This document shows, piece after piece, positions 19,036 to 28,993 of a stretch of DNA of 64,000 nucleotides; position 1 is the stretch's first letter; the number at the start of each line of letters is the position of its first letter. Under the pieces are notes generated by a model. It did no database searches, was not told the origin of the DNA, and saw only the letters and a list, made by a program, of their open reading frames with translations. Origin of the DNA: Thermoplasmata archaeon (GTDB lineage: Archaea > Thermoplasmatota > Thermoplasmata > Lutacidiplasmatales > UBA184); assembly GCA_027314165.1 (NCBI GenBank), contig DAHVCH010000001.1, positions 108,590-172,589 on the forward strand, read 5' to 3'. A program made the translations under genes and the position numbers.

Positions 19036-21141
19036 ATGGCCTTCGTGGCACCGTTCGACCTGGTCGGAGGGGCGCTCGTCGTTCTCGCGGCGAGCGGAGG
19101 TGCGGGACTCCTCCCCTCCGCGTCCTCCCGCAGAGCGACCGTGGGTGCGCTCTCGCTCGCACTCCTAGGCTGCCTCCTCCTCGTTTCGGTCGCGCTTGAG
19201 GTCCTGCTCGGAGGGGCGGCGGGGACCGCTACGGTGGCCCTCCCCGGGTTCCAGTCCGCGTCGGAGGCCTTGAGCCTGGCCGTCGTGCTCGGTCCGCTCC
19301 AAGGGCTGTTCCTCCTGCTCGTGGGGGCGGTCGGCGGCGCCATCACGCTCGCCTCCGTCGGCTACGTGCCGGCCTACGTCCACGAGCGGCCGGCGACGCT
19401 GGCGGGGGTCTACGGGCTCTTCGTGGGGTCCATGGCGCTGCTGGTGCTCTCGGGCACCGCCTTCCTCTTCCTCGTGGCCTGGGAGGGGATGACCCTGCTC
19501 TCCTACGTGATGGTGGTGCACGAGCACGGTTCCTGGGACGTCCGACGCGCCGGTCTCACCTACCTCGTGATGAGCCATGCGGCGGCCGCAGCCCTCCTCG
19601 CGGGGTTCGTGGTGCTCTACGTGGGCACCGGCAGCACGAACTTCGGCGCGATGAGCGCGAACGCGCGCGCCCTTCCCGAGCTCACCCGGGATGCGGTGTT
19701 CGTCGCGATGGTCCTCGGTTTCGGGACCAAGGCGGGGGTCGTGCCCCTGCACGTGTGGCTACCGGAGGCGCATCCCGCGGCTCCGAGCAACGTCTCCTCG
19801 ATCATGTCGGGGGTCATGATCAAGATGGGCGTCTTCGGGCTCCTGCTCGTCGTCTTTGAGGTGCTGGGCGGGGGACCGCTGTGGTGGGGGTTCGTGCTGC
19901 TCGTCCTGGGAGCGGCCTCGGCCCTGCTGGGGGTGCTGAACGCCATCGCGCAGCACGACGTGAAACGGCTGCTCGCCTTCCACTCGGTCGAGAACATCGG
20001 CATCATCTTCATGGCGCTGGGAGCGGCGCTGGTCTTCCTCTCGCTCGGATGGCCCGCGCTCGCGGCGGTCGCGCTCCTGGCCGCGATCCTCCACACCTTC
20101 AACCATGCGATGTTCAAGGGGCTCCTCTTCCTCGGGGCCGGAGCTGTCGTGGGCACGACAGGGACCCGCGACATGGAGCAGATGGGAGGCCTCGCCCGGG
20201 GCATGCCCAGGACGGCGATCGCCTTCCTCTTCGGGGCGATGGCCATCTCCGCGCTCCCGCCGCTCAACGGGTTCGTCAGCGAGTGGTTGCTCTTCCAGGC
20301 GTTCTTTGCCTCCTTCGGGACCGGCTCCTTGGCGACCGAGGTCGCCTTTACGGCGGCCGCCGGGACGCTCGCGCTCGCGAGCGGGCTCGCCGCCTACTGC
20401 TTCGTCAAGGCGTTCGGAGTGATCTTCCTCGCCCGCCCGAGGTCCGAGGTCGCTCGGTCGGTGCGTTCGGACGCGCCGGCCGCGATGCAGGTCGGGATGG
20501 TCGCTCTCGCCGGCGCGTGCGTCACGGTCGGGGTCTTCCCCGTCCTTCTCCTCAGCACGTTCGCCGGGACCGTCCGCACGCTCACGGGCGCCTCCTACGC
20601 CACGTCGCCCTGGGCGTGGGGCGCGCCTCTCGCGTTCCCTTCGGTCTCAGGGGCCGCGACACCCAGCGTCCCGCCCCACGGTAGCCTCGCCATCGGCGTG
20701 GTGGCGCTCCTGCTCATGGTCGTGCTCCTGGCCGCCATGGTCCTTCGCCGGGCCACCTCGAACGGCAGCCCCTCGCGCCGGCCGATGTGGGACTGCGGGA
20801 TGGACGCCCCCACCCCGAGGATGGAGTACACGGCGAGCGGCTATGCCCAGCCCATCCTCCGGCTGTTCTCCGTGTTCTACGGGGCGCACCCGGTCTCCGA
20901 GCTAGGGGACCTGGGAGGCGCGAGACCGGGGGTCCTCCAGAAGACCGTCCGGCACGAGTCGGAGGTGGACTATCCGCTGATGGAGCAGGTCTACTCCCCG
21001 ATCGTCCGGCTCCTGCGCGAGCTCGCCCGCCGGGTGAGCCGACTCCAATCCGGAGGGATCCATGCCTACCTCGCCTACATGGTGCTGACCCTGGTGGTCC
21101 TCCTCGTCGCGTCGAGGCTCTTCGGAGGGGTCCTTCCGTGA
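19036..21141 (+). CDS. Ehr/hydrogenase-4 HyfB-like antiporter subunit
   Basis: FLVAWEGM, PLHVWLPEAHPAAPS, KRLLAFHSVENIG, PPLNGFVSEW. Confidence 0.9.
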   Translation: MAFVAPFDLVGGALVVLAASGGAGLLPSASSRRATVGALSLALLGCLLLVSVALEVLLGGAAGTATVALPGFQSASEALSLAVVLGPLQGLFLLLVGAVGGAITLASVGYVPAYVHERPATLAGVYGLFVGSMALLVLSGTAFLFLVAWEGMTLLSYVMVVHEHGSWDVRRAGLTYLVMSHAAAAALLAGFVVLYVGTGSTNFGAMSANARALPELTRDAVFVAMVLGFGTKAGVVPLHVWLPEAHPAAPSNVSSIMSGVMIKMGVFGLLLVVFEVLGGGPLWWGFVLLVLGAASALLGVLNAIAQHDVKRLLAFHSVENIGIIFMALGAALVFLSLGWPALAAVALLAAILHTFNHAMFKGLLFLGAGAVVGTTGTRDMEQMGGLARGMPRTAIAFLFGAMAISALPPLNGFVSEWLLFQAFFASFGTGSLATEVAFTAAAGTLALASGLAAYCFVKAFGVIFLARPRSEVARSVRSDAPAAMQVGMVALAGACVTVGVFPVLLLSTFAGTVRTLTGASYATSPWAWGAPLAFPSVSGAATPSVPPHGSLAIGVVALLLMVVLLAAMVLRRATSNGSPSRRPMWDCGMDAPTPRMEYTASGYAQPILRLFSVFYGAHPVSELGDLGGARPGVLQKTVRHESEVDYPLMEQVYSPIVRLLRELARRVSRLQSGGIHAYLAYMVLTLVVLLVASRLFGGVLP

Positions 21142-22106
21142 CCGCCCCCGCTCCCTGGGTGCAGTTCCTCCTGCTCGTCTTCGAGCTCGCGCTCGTGCTC
21201 GGTATCAGTCCAATGCTCGTGGGCATCATGAGGCGCGTGAAGGCCAGGAGCCAACGACGCCTGGGACCCCCGTTGCTGCAGCCCTACCGGGACCTGCGGA
21301 AGCTCTTCAGAAAGGACCGCATCTACGCGGAGAGCGCGAGCACGCTCACCCCCTACGCCCCCTGGGTCTCGTTCGTTGCCCTCGTCTCGGCGGTCCCCTT
21401 CCTCCCGTGGTTCTTCGTGCCCGCTCCCCTCGGGTTCGCGGGCGACCTGATCGTCGTGGTGGGGCTCCTCGCCCTCTCCCGGTTCATGACCGCGCTCGCG
21501 GCGCTGGACGCGGGGAGCACGTTCGGCGGGATGGGTTCGACGCGTGACATGTGGATCGGGGCCCTCGCCGAACCGACCTTCCTCCTCGTCATCTTCGCCT
21601 GGGGGGCCCCCTCGGGCTCGACGCAGGCCTCCGTCATCGTGGAACACGGGCTCTCGCTCGGCCTCGCCCACCTGAGCCCGGCGCTGCTCCTCGCCTCCAC
21701 GGCCTTCGGGGTGCTCCTCCTCGCCGAGACCGGGCGGCTGCCGGTCGACAACCCCGCCACGCACCTCGAGCTCACGATGGTGCACGAGGCGATGGTCCTG
21801 GAGTACACCGGCCAGGACCTGGCCGTCATCGAGTGGGGCAAGGGGATCAAGTTCGTCCTGCTCGCAGGGCTCCTCACGGCCGTCCTGCTCCCCTGGGGCA
21901 TCGCCACCGCGCTCGGGGCCGGGGCCCTGGCCCTTGGCGTGGGGCTCCTTCTGGTGAAGCTCTCGTCGACCGCCTGGCTGGTCGGGCACCTCGAGACGCG
22001 CGTCGCGAAGTGGCGGCTCTTCCGTGTGGCCGACCTCTCGACGCTCGCGGTCGCCTTGGCCCTGGGCTCCATCGCGCTCACCTATCTCGTGGGGGTCGGC
22101 TCGTGA
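21138..22106 (+). CDS. Ehr/HyfC-like (NuoH family) membrane subunit
   Basis: GPPLLQPYRDL.KL, GRLPVDNPATHLELTMVHEAM; GTGA overlap. Confidence 0.9.
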   Translation: MTAPAPWVQFLLLVFELALVLGISPMLVGIMRRVKARSQRRLGPPLLQPYRDLRKLFRKDRIYAESASTLTPYAPWVSFVALVSAVPFLPWFFVPAPLGFAGDLIVVVGLLALSRFMTALAALDAGSTFGGMGSTRDMWIGALAEPTFLLVIFAWGAPSGSTQASVIVEHGLSLGLAHLSPALLLASTAFGVLLLAETGRLPVDNPATHLELTMVHEAMVLEYTGQDLAVIEWGKGIKFVLLAGLLTAVLLPWGIATALGAGALALGVGLLLVKLSSTAWLVGHLETRVAKWRLFRVADLSTLAVALALGSIALTYLVGVGS

Positions 22107-22759
22107 CCTCCGACGGACTGCTGCTGCTCGAGATCGCCGCCTCGGTGGTCCTCGTCACCGCCTGGATCGCGCTCGTCCACCGGCGGCTGGACGCCCAGGT
22201 CCGGCTCTACGCGATCCAGTCGCTCGCTCTGGCGGTCATCTCGGGACTCGTGGCCTACCTCTACTCCGCGCCGCTGCTCTACCTGACGGGCGCCCTCTTC
22301 GCCGCGCTGAACGGCGCGCTCCTGCCCTGGATCCTGCTCACGGTCCGACGGGAGCTCCGCATCCCGCCGGAGGCGAACATGCTCGTCTCCGTCCGGGGGA
22401 GCGCGCTGGCCGGGCTGGGGTGCCTCCTCCTCGCCGTGGCCGTCGTGGGGCCCCTCACCCCGCTTGCCGCGGTCCCCGCGGCCGGCCTCCTCCCGATCTC
22501 CGTCACGGTGGTCTTGGTCGGGCTCTTCGTGACCGTCTCCCGACGCAAGGCCTTCTCCCAGGTGCTCGGGATCCTGGTGATGGAGAACGGGGTCTTTCTC
22601 GCCGGCCTGGCGCTCACCTACGGGCTTGGCATCCTCTTGGAGCTGGGCATCGCCGCGAACCTGCTCGTGCTCGCGATCGTGAGCCGGCTCTTCCTGCACC
22701 GGATGAAGGACTCCTTCGACTCGCTGGACGCGGACGTCCTCCGCTCCCTGGAGGGGTGA
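22103..22759 (+). CDS. Ehr/HyfE-like membrane subunit
   Basis: YAIQS, SQVLGILVMENG; GTGA overlap. Confidence 0.85.
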   Translation: MTSDGLLLLEIAASVVLVTAWIALVHRRLDAQVRLYAIQSLALAVISGLVAYLYSAPLLYLTGALFAALNGALLPWILLTVRRELRIPPEANMLVSVRGSALAGLGCLLLAVAVVGPLTPLAAVPAAGLLPISVTVVLVGLFVTVSRRKAFSQVLGILVMENGVFLAGLALTYGLGILLELGIAANLLVLAIVSRLFLHRMKDSFDSLDADVLRSLEG

Positions 22760-22766
22760 GAGGAAG

Positions 22767-24245
22767 ATGCCGCTGGAATGGACCGTCGTCCTCCTGCTGG
22801 TCCCCGCGGCCTGCGCCGGACTGGTCGAGGTCGTGCCGGGTCGGTCGGCGGTGAACGCGGTCGCGATCGCCGGGGCCCTGGGCTCCCTCATCGCGGTCCT
22901 GGCGATCGTCCAGCAGGTGCTCCTTCAGGGGACTGCGACGACCCCGATGGACGCGCTCTACGTCGACGCGCTCTCGGCGGTGCTCCTCCTCCTCTTGAGC
23001 GTCGTGGGGCTCGCCTCGGTCCTGTACTCGGTGGACTACCTGGGGCGCGAAGGGAGCCCGCACTCGCTGTCGCTCCCGCAGCTCCGGAGGTACCACGCGT
23101 TCGTCCTCCTCTTCCTGTTCACGATGTTCCTGGTGGGCGAGGCGAACAACCTAGGGCTCCTCTGGATCGCCCTGGAGGGAACGACCCTGGTCTCGGCGCT
23201 CCTGGTGGGCTTCTACCACACCCGGAAGTCCATCGAGGCGTCCTGGAAGTACCTCGTCCTCTGCACCGTCGGACTGGTCTTCGCGCTCTTCGGAACGCTC
23301 CTGCTCTACCTCGCCTCGGCCACCGCGAGCGGGAGCGCGGGGGCTTCGCTCGATTGGACGGCCTTGATCCAGATCGCCCCCAAGTTCGACCCAGGGCTGG
23401 TCCGGCTCGCGCTCGTCTTCCTCTTCGTGGGATACGGGACGAAAGCGGGTTTCGCACCGCTGCACACCTGGCTGCCCGATGCCCACTCCGAGGCCCCCAC
23501 ACCGGTCTCGGCGCTGCTCTCCGCCGGCCTCCTCAAGTGCGCCATCTACGCGCTGCTGCGGGTGGACGCGATCACGCTCCGGATGCCCGGGTTCACTTTC
23601 GCGACGTGGCTCTTCCTGGGCTTCGGGGTCGTCTCCGTGCTGCTCGCGGCCCTCTTCATCCTGGTGCAACGGGACCTCAAACGCCTCCTGGCCTACCACT
23701 CGGTCGAGCACATCGGGATCATCTCGATCGGCATCGGGTTCGGGGGGCCGCTCGGGCTCTTCGGAGCGATCTTCCACATGGTCAACCACGCCGCCACCAA
23801 GGCGGCCCTGTTCCTTGCGGGAGGCGACCTGGCCGTGGCCGCGCGGACGAAGGACCTCGACGAGATCTCCGGGGCGCTGACCGCGATCCCCGCCACCGGG
23901 ACGGTCCTGCTGATCGGCGGGCTTGCCCTCGCCGGGGTCCCACCCTTCTCGATCTTCGCGAGCGAGTTCCTGATCGTCTCCTCGGGCTTCCAGGCCGGCG
24001 ACTGGGTCGTGGCCGTGATCCTGCTGGTCGCCCTGGCCATCGTCTTCGGAGGGCTGCTGCTCCACCTGACGAGCGCGCTGTTCGGACCGAAGCCCCGTCA
24101 AGGGTTCCCCGGGATCCGCGCCCGGGTGGTGGGGACCGCGCTCGCCATCGGACTGCTCCTCCCGCTCGTGGTCGGGCTGGGCTTGCTGCTCCCCAACCCC
24201 CTCGCGACGCTCCTCCACGATGCGGTCAGGGTGGTGATGGGATGA
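22767..24245 (+). CDS. Ehr/HyfF-like antiporter subunit
   Basis: EASWKY, GTKAGFAPLHTWLPDAHSEAP, KRLLAYHSVEH. Confidence 0.9.
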   Translation: MPLEWTVVLLLVPAACAGLVEVVPGRSAVNAVAIAGALGSLIAVLAIVQQVLLQGTATTPMDALYVDALSAVLLLLLSVVGLASVLYSVDYLGREGSPHSLSLPQLRRYHAFVLLFLFTMFLVGEANNLGLLWIALEGTTLVSALLVGFYHTRKSIEASWKYLVLCTVGLVFALFGTLLLYLASATASGSAGASLDWTALIQIAPKFDPGLVRLALVFLFVGYGTKAGFAPLHTWLPDAHSEAPTPVSALLSAGLLKCAIYALLRVDAITLRMPGFTFATWLFLGFGVVSVLLAALFILVQRDLKRLLAYHSVEHIGIISIGIGFGGPLGLFGAIFHMVNHAATKAALFLAGGDLAVAARTKDLDEISGALTAIPATGTVLLIGGLALAGVPPFSIFASEFLIVSSGFQAGDWVVAVILLVALAIVFGGLLLHLTSALFGPKPRQGFPGIRARVVGTALAIGLLLPLVVGLGLLLPNPLATLLHDAVRVVMG

Positions 24246-25915
24246 GCGCGGGCGCACCGGACCACGGGTCGGAGGCCCCCCTCCTGTCTGCGACGCGGTC
24301 CCAGGGCGAGCGCACGGCCCCTCCCCCTCGATCGCAGGTGGAGGTCCCCGGAGCCCGCGACGAGCGAAAGTGGGTCGCCGCGGCACGGGGTGGGCCGACC
24401 CTGGAGGAAGCTGAGGAGGGCCCGTGGGAGGTGGTCGTGGCGTTGGAGCGTTGGCGCCCCTCCGTCCTGTCGCTCGTCCATGCGCTGCGATTCCGCCTGG
24501 CGACGCTCTGGGGCGAGAACGCGCACGGCGGGGACGTCGAGGTCCACGGGATCTTCCTGGGAGGGGCCGAGTGCCGGGGCGTCCACCTCCGCGTCGACCT
24601 GCCGGGAGCGGCGCGAAAGCTGCCCTCGTTGCTGCCGGACCTGCCCACGGCCCTCTACTTCGAGCGGGAGCTCTCGGAGATGTTCGGGGTCACGATCCTC
24701 GCCTCCCCCGACACCCGTCCGCTCCTGCTCCACGAACGTCACACCGCCCCTCCGATGCTGCCCGCAGGCGGCGAACCCACGGGGGTCCGTGCCCCCTTCG
24801 GGTTCCCCCGTACGGAAGGGGAAGGGGTCTACGAGGTCCCGGTCGGGCCGGTGCATGCAGGAGTGATCGAGCCCGGCCACTTCCGCTTCCAGGTGCGAGG
24901 GGAGGAGATCCTCAACCTCGAGGTACGCCTGGGCTACGCCCACAAGGGGACGGAGAGGCTGTTCGAGGGACTCGAGCCATCTCAGGCCACGGTCCTCGCC
25001 GAGTCGATCTCGGGGGACATGTCGGTCGCGGGTGCCACCGCGTATGCGCTCGCGGTGGAGGACGTCCTCGGGGTTCCTGTCCCTCCCGCCGCGCAGACCG
25101 CCCGGGGCCTGCTGCTCGAGCTGGAACGGGCGGCGTTCCTGATGGGGGATGTCGCTGGGATCATCCTGGACGTGGGGTACGCGGCCGGGGCCGCCGAGGC
25201 CAACGTCCTTCGAGAACAAGCCTACGGCACGCTCGAGCTCCTCACCGGTTCCCGGCTCGGGCGAGGGGCCGTGGTTCCCGGAGGGCTCGCTCGGCCGGTC
25301 CCGGCGGAGGCGCGAGTGGACGTGGAGCGGTCGCTGGACGCCGTCCGGCGGGGCCTCGCCGGCCTCGTCGACCACGTCCACGACCAGCCCAGCATCATGG
25401 ACCGGCTCCGAGGAACGGGGGTCATCTCGCTCGAGGTCGCCGAAGCCCTAGGCATGGTCGGACCGGCCGCCCGGGCCAGCGGTCTCGTCAGGGACGTGCG
25501 GCGGGACCGCCCTTACGGTCCCTATGTCCACGAGCGCGTGCGCGTCCGTGTCGCCTCCCGTTCCGAAGGCGACGTGGAGGCACGGTTCGAGGTGAAGGTC
25601 GCAGAGGTCCTCGAGGCCTGCCGACTCGCGCGGCACTTCCTCGGCGAAGGGGGTCCCGCGACGGGACCCCTGATCTCCTCGCGATCGGCCCGGCCCCGCC
25701 ACGGTCTCGGCATCGTCGAGTCCCCCCGCGGGGAGTTCCTGGTGGCCCTCCGTCCTTCGGAACCGGCGAAGAAGGTGCTCGCGAGGGTCCACGTCCGCGA
25801 CCCCTCCTTCCTCAATTGGCCGGCGATCGAGTACGCCGTCCGCGGGAACATCGTCCCGGATTTCCCGCTCTGCAACAAGAGCCTGAACCTCTCGTACTCG
25901 GGGTTCGACCGATGA
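24242..25915 (+). CDS. Ehr large subunit (NuoC+NuoD/HyfG-like) lacking the Ni-binding CxxC motifs
   Basis: GPVHAGVIEPGHFRF, GYAHKG.E, ESISGD in place of RxCxxC, ESPRGE, C-terminus PDFPLCNKSLNLSYSG. Confidence 0.9.
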   Translation: MSAGAPDHGSEAPLLSATRSQGERTAPPPRSQVEVPGARDERKWVAAARGGPTLEEAEEGPWEVVVALERWRPSVLSLVHALRFRLATLWGENAHGGDVEVHGIFLGGAECRGVHLRVDLPGAARKLPSLLPDLPTALYFERELSEMFGVTILASPDTRPLLLHERHTAPPMLPAGGEPTGVRAPFGFPRTEGEGVYEVPVGPVHAGVIEPGHFRFQVRGEEILNLEVRLGYAHKGTERLFEGLEPSQATVLAESISGDMSVAGATAYALAVEDVLGVPVPPAAQTARGLLLELERAAFLMGDVAGIILDVGYAAGAAEANVLREQAYGTLELLTGSRLGRGAVVPGGLARPVPAEARVDVERSLDAVRRGLAGLVDHVHDQPSIMDRLRGTGVISLEVAEALGMVGPAARASGLVRDVRRDRPYGPYVHERVRVRVASRSEGDVEARFEVKVAEVLEACRLARHFLGEGGPATGPLISSRSARPRHGLGIVESPRGEFLVALRPSEPAKKVLARVHVRDPSFLNWPAIEYAVRGNIVPDFPLCNKSLNLSYSGFDR

Positions 25916-26877
25916 TCGGCGGCGGGTCACCCGGGTCGGCGACGAGCAGGGGCGAGCCGAGCGCGGATCGGGAGGCGGCCCCCTCCTCACCCTCTCGCGC
26001 CCGGTCCACCGCGTCCGCTCCTCCGCGCGAGACGACCTCCGGTATCTTCGGTCCCTGCACGACAAAGGCCTACCCTCAGGGACCCGCGGAGCTGGCGCGG
26101 ATGGGGGCGAGGACCCCGTGGCACGACCCGGGTGTCTGCGAGGGCACAGGAGCGTGCGCGCGCGCCTGTCCCACGGAGGCGATCACGATCGAGGGCACGG
26201 GGCGGGGGGCCCGTCTCCGCCTCGACTACGGGGCGTGCGTCTTCTGTCGCAAGTGCGTGGACGCCTGTCCCACCGGAGCCCTGCGGGCTGTCCGCTTCTT
26301 TGAGCTCGCCGTGCGGTCGAAGGACGACCTCGTCGCTCGGCACGTGGCCGGTGGGACCCTCGGTGCGAACCCGCCCCCGAGCCAGGACAAGGTTTCCCGG
26401 GAAGTGCGCGAGCGCATCTCCCGCCTCTTTTCCGGGTCGCTCGCCGTGCGGGCGGTGGACGCTGGCAGCTGCAACGGTTGCGAGGTGGAGGTCTCCGCGC
26501 TCTCGTGGCCCGCCTACGACGCCGAGCGGCTCGGGATCCATTTCGTGGCGTCGCCACGGCATGCGGATGCGCTGCTCGTCACCGGTCCCGTCAACCGGAA
26601 CATGCGCCTCGCCCTCCAGAAGACCCTCGATGCGACCCCCGACCCGAAGTTCCTGGTCATCGCGGGGGCCTGCGGGATCTCCGGCGGACCGTTCCGCCGC
26701 TCGAAGGAAGTGGAGGGGGGCGTCCCCCCGTCGGACCTGCCCTCGGTCTGGGTCCCCGGTTGCCCTCCGCGCCCGGAAGCTCTCCTCTACGCCTTCTGGC
26801 TCGCGCTCGGCCGGGTGGAGCAGCAGCTGAAGAACGGGGAGCTTCCCCCCAAGGTCGGGGGAAGTTCCTTGAGGTAA
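25912..26877 (+). CDS. Fused ferredoxin (HyfH-like) + NuoB/HyfI-like small subunit
   Basis: CEGTGACARACP and CVFCRKCVDACP, then GSCNGCE, SPRHAD, GAC, PGCPP. Confidence 0.88.
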   Translation: MIGGGSPGSATSRGEPSADREAAPSSPSRARSTASAPPRETTSGIFGPCTTKAYPQGPAELARMGARTPWHDPGVCEGTGACARACPTEAITIEGTGRGARLRLDYGACVFCRKCVDACPTGALRAVRFFELAVRSKDDLVARHVAGGTLGANPPPSQDKVSREVRERISRLFSGSLAVRAVDAGSCNGCEVEVSALSWPAYDAERLGIHFVASPRHADALLVTGPVNRNMRLALQKTLDATPDPKFLVIAGACGISGGPFRRSKEVEGGVPPSDLPSVWVPGCPPRPEALLYAFWLALGRVEQQLKNGELPPKVGGSSLR

Positions 26878-26883
26878 GGGCTC

Positions 26884-28065
26884 TTGCCGCGTGGCGTGTC
26901 TCGCCGCTCGCCCCCACCCGCGCCTGCTCCTCACCCCGGCGCGTCCCCGCTGGACCCCCATTCCCTCGGGCTCGAGCCCATCCCGCGGGTGATCCAGAGA
27001 TCGGGGGCCTCCACGCTCGTCGTGAGCCTGCCGAAGGAGTGGATCGAGCTCGAGGGGCTCCGCGCGGGCCAGTTCGTCTCCTGGGTCCGAGAGGACGACG
27101 GGGACCTCCGACTCCACCTCCCGGGGAAGCAGGTCCTTCCGACCCAGCCTAGGACCTGCGTCATCCGGACTCCCGGCCTGCGGTCGGTCGACCAGGCCCG
27201 GCGCCTGCTGTTCTCCGCCTACGTTCTGGGCTACGACCGCGTGCGGCTCGAGGACCCCGAGGGTCTGGACGAGGAGGTGCGGGCCGGGGTCGAACGGGTC
27301 AGCCACGAGCTCCTCGGGTTCAGCCTGACGGAGGCCTCCCGGACCACGCTGGTGGCGACCAGCTTCCTCGATCCCGCCGCGCACCCGGTGGCCGAGGTGA
27401 TCTCCCGGATCGGGTACACCCTGGACGTCCTCCTCGAACGCCTCGAGATGTCGCTCGCCGACGGGAACCCCAACGCGCTTCAGAGGGTCCCCGAGGTCCG
27501 CGTCGAGGTCCGGCGGCTCCACGCCCTCGCGCTCCGGCAGCTCAACCTCGCCGCGGCGAACCCACGGCTCGCGCGGCAGCTCGGCGTGAGCCGGCCCAGT
27601 CACCTTCTGGGTACCCGGGTCGTCGCGAAGCTCCTCGACGACATCGCGGACGCGGTGGAAGCCGTGGCGGGAGAGCTCTCCCGAATCGGCCGGGCTCCGC
27701 TCTCCGCGCGTCCGGTGCTGGAACAGATCCGAGGTCGGGTCCAGTCGCTCCGGGAGCGGCTGCGGCTCGCCCTGGGCGCCTTACGCTCCGGGAGCGCCAT
27801 AGAAGCGGAGCATGTCCTGGCCGCGCGCAGGGAAGCTCTCGAACGGTTTCTCGGGACCGAGGCCAAGCTCCGACGGATGACCGGTCCCTCGAGCCTGCGG
27901 CACTCGCTGGCCCTCGCCTCCTGGTGGGTGGGGGTCGCCCGTCAGCACGCCGAGGCGGTCGCCGAGGTCGCCTTCACGCGCGCCCTGGACCGCAACCCTT
28001 CCGTCCTGGACCTTTCCTCTTCCGGAGAGAAGAGGTTCAGCGTAAGTTCCGACCCGTCCGGATAG
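26884..28065 (+). CDS. AbrB-PhoU family regulator
   Basis: RVIQRSGASTLVVSLPKEW..L.G (AbrB-like), SAYVLGYD, helical PhoU-like repeats. Confidence 0.8.
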   Translation: MPRGVSRRSPPPAPAPHPGASPLDPHSLGLEPIPRVIQRSGASTLVVSLPKEWIELEGLRAGQFVSWVREDDGDLRLHLPGKQVLPTQPRTCVIRTPGLRSVDQARRLLFSAYVLGYDRVRLEDPEGLDEEVRAGVERVSHELLGFSLTEASRTTLVATSFLDPAAHPVAEVISRIGYTLDVLLERLEMSLADGNPNALQRVPEVRVEVRRLHALALRQLNLAAANPRLARQLGVSRPSHLLGTRVVAKLLDDIADAVEAVAGELSRIGRAPLSARPVLEQIRGRVQSLRERLRLALGALRSGSAIEAEHVLAARREALERFLGTEAKLRRMTGPSSLRHSLALASWWVGVARQHAEAVAEVAFTRALDRNPSVLDLSSSGEKRFSVSSDPSG

Positions 28066-28194
28066 GATGGCCTCGGGGGGGCGCCGCTCCACGTCCCCGT
28101 CGAGAAGGTCCCCCATACAATCCGGACTATCCGGTGCGCCGTCAGAAAGACCGGTGACGTCCTAGCATGGATAGCAGTCCTGCAGGAGCGTTCG

Positions 28195-28476
28195 ATGGCG
28201 AAAAGGTACCGATGCCGGTTGATGGGATGGAAGTGCGGCTATGTCATGACGGCGCCTACGGTCACCGAGCTGATCCCCCGCGTCGAGGAACACCTCCGGA
28301 GCGCCCACAACCTCGCGGTCGTGCCCCAGGACATCCGTTTGAAGGTCGATTCCGCGGTGCAAGAGTATACGGACCGAAGGGCGACGGGAAGGCCCTCCTC
28401 GGCGGCTCCTGCTCTCTGCGCGGCCCCGTCCCCTGCCGGGCCCGCCACCCCCGCCCCCTCGTCTCCGCCGACCTGA
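28195..28476 (+). CDS. DUF1059-like small metal-binding protein
   Basis: YRC...G.KC.Y...A....EL...V.EH...AH. Confidence 0.7.
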   Translation: MAKRYRCRLMGWKCGYVMTAPTVTELIPRVEEHLRSAHNLAVVPQDIRLKVDSAVQEYTDRRATGRPSSAAPALCAAPSPAGPATPAPSSPPT

Positions 28477-28503
28477 GACGTCCGACTCCCGAAGGGAGGG
28501 CCG

Positions 28504-28737
28504 ATGGTCTTCATCTTCCGATGTCCAGGAGTGGACGCCCAATGCCCCTTCACGGCTTCAGGGCTCACGATCAGCGCGATGTGGCCCGAGGTCTTGGAGC
28601 ACTTGCGTACGGCTCACGGGGTCGCCCGGCCGTATCCGTCGCTGCTGAGCCGTGTCGACGGGGGATTCTGGCTTGAGGCCGACAACACGATCGCCACCTC
28701 TCGCGCCCGGGCCGTCGGCTCGGTCCCACCCATCTGA
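28504..28737 (+). CDS. DUF1059-like small metal-binding protein (paralog)
   Basis: FRC......CPF......V.EH...AH; GGAGG RBS at about 28495. Confidence 0.65.
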   Translation: MVFIFRCPGVDAQCPFTASGLTISAMWPEVLEHLRTAHGVARPYPSLLSRVDGGFWLEADNTIATSRARAVGSVPPI

Positions 28738-28993
28738 CCCTCCGGTCCCCTGGACCTGGGGCGCCCTCTCCACAGGTCTGTCGTGGGAGCCCGAGGCGGG
28801 TCCTCGGGGCTCGAGGGGCCGCGTCCGGGGCCCGTCACCTCTCCTCGATGGAACCTCTCGGAGGTAACGTCGGGCGCGGCATCCTTCAAATAATGGCCCG
28901 GCTAACATACATGGTGGCCCCGGCCCGAGGGCCGTGCGCGCCGAATCGGGGACGTTCCATTGTCCAGCGCAGCACCCGGGGGGAGCTAGCCCG

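Noticed and set aside
22778..25915. 1045-aa and 817-aa ORFs as giant fused Ehr subunits
   Set aside because: The N-terminal parts are off-frame overlaps of upstream genes; coupled ATG starts at 24242 and 25912 explain them
19036..26877. Bona fide NiFe hydrogenase-4 or formate hydrogenlyase
   Set aside because: Both Ni-binding CxxC motifs are absent; no fdh or hyp genes adjacent
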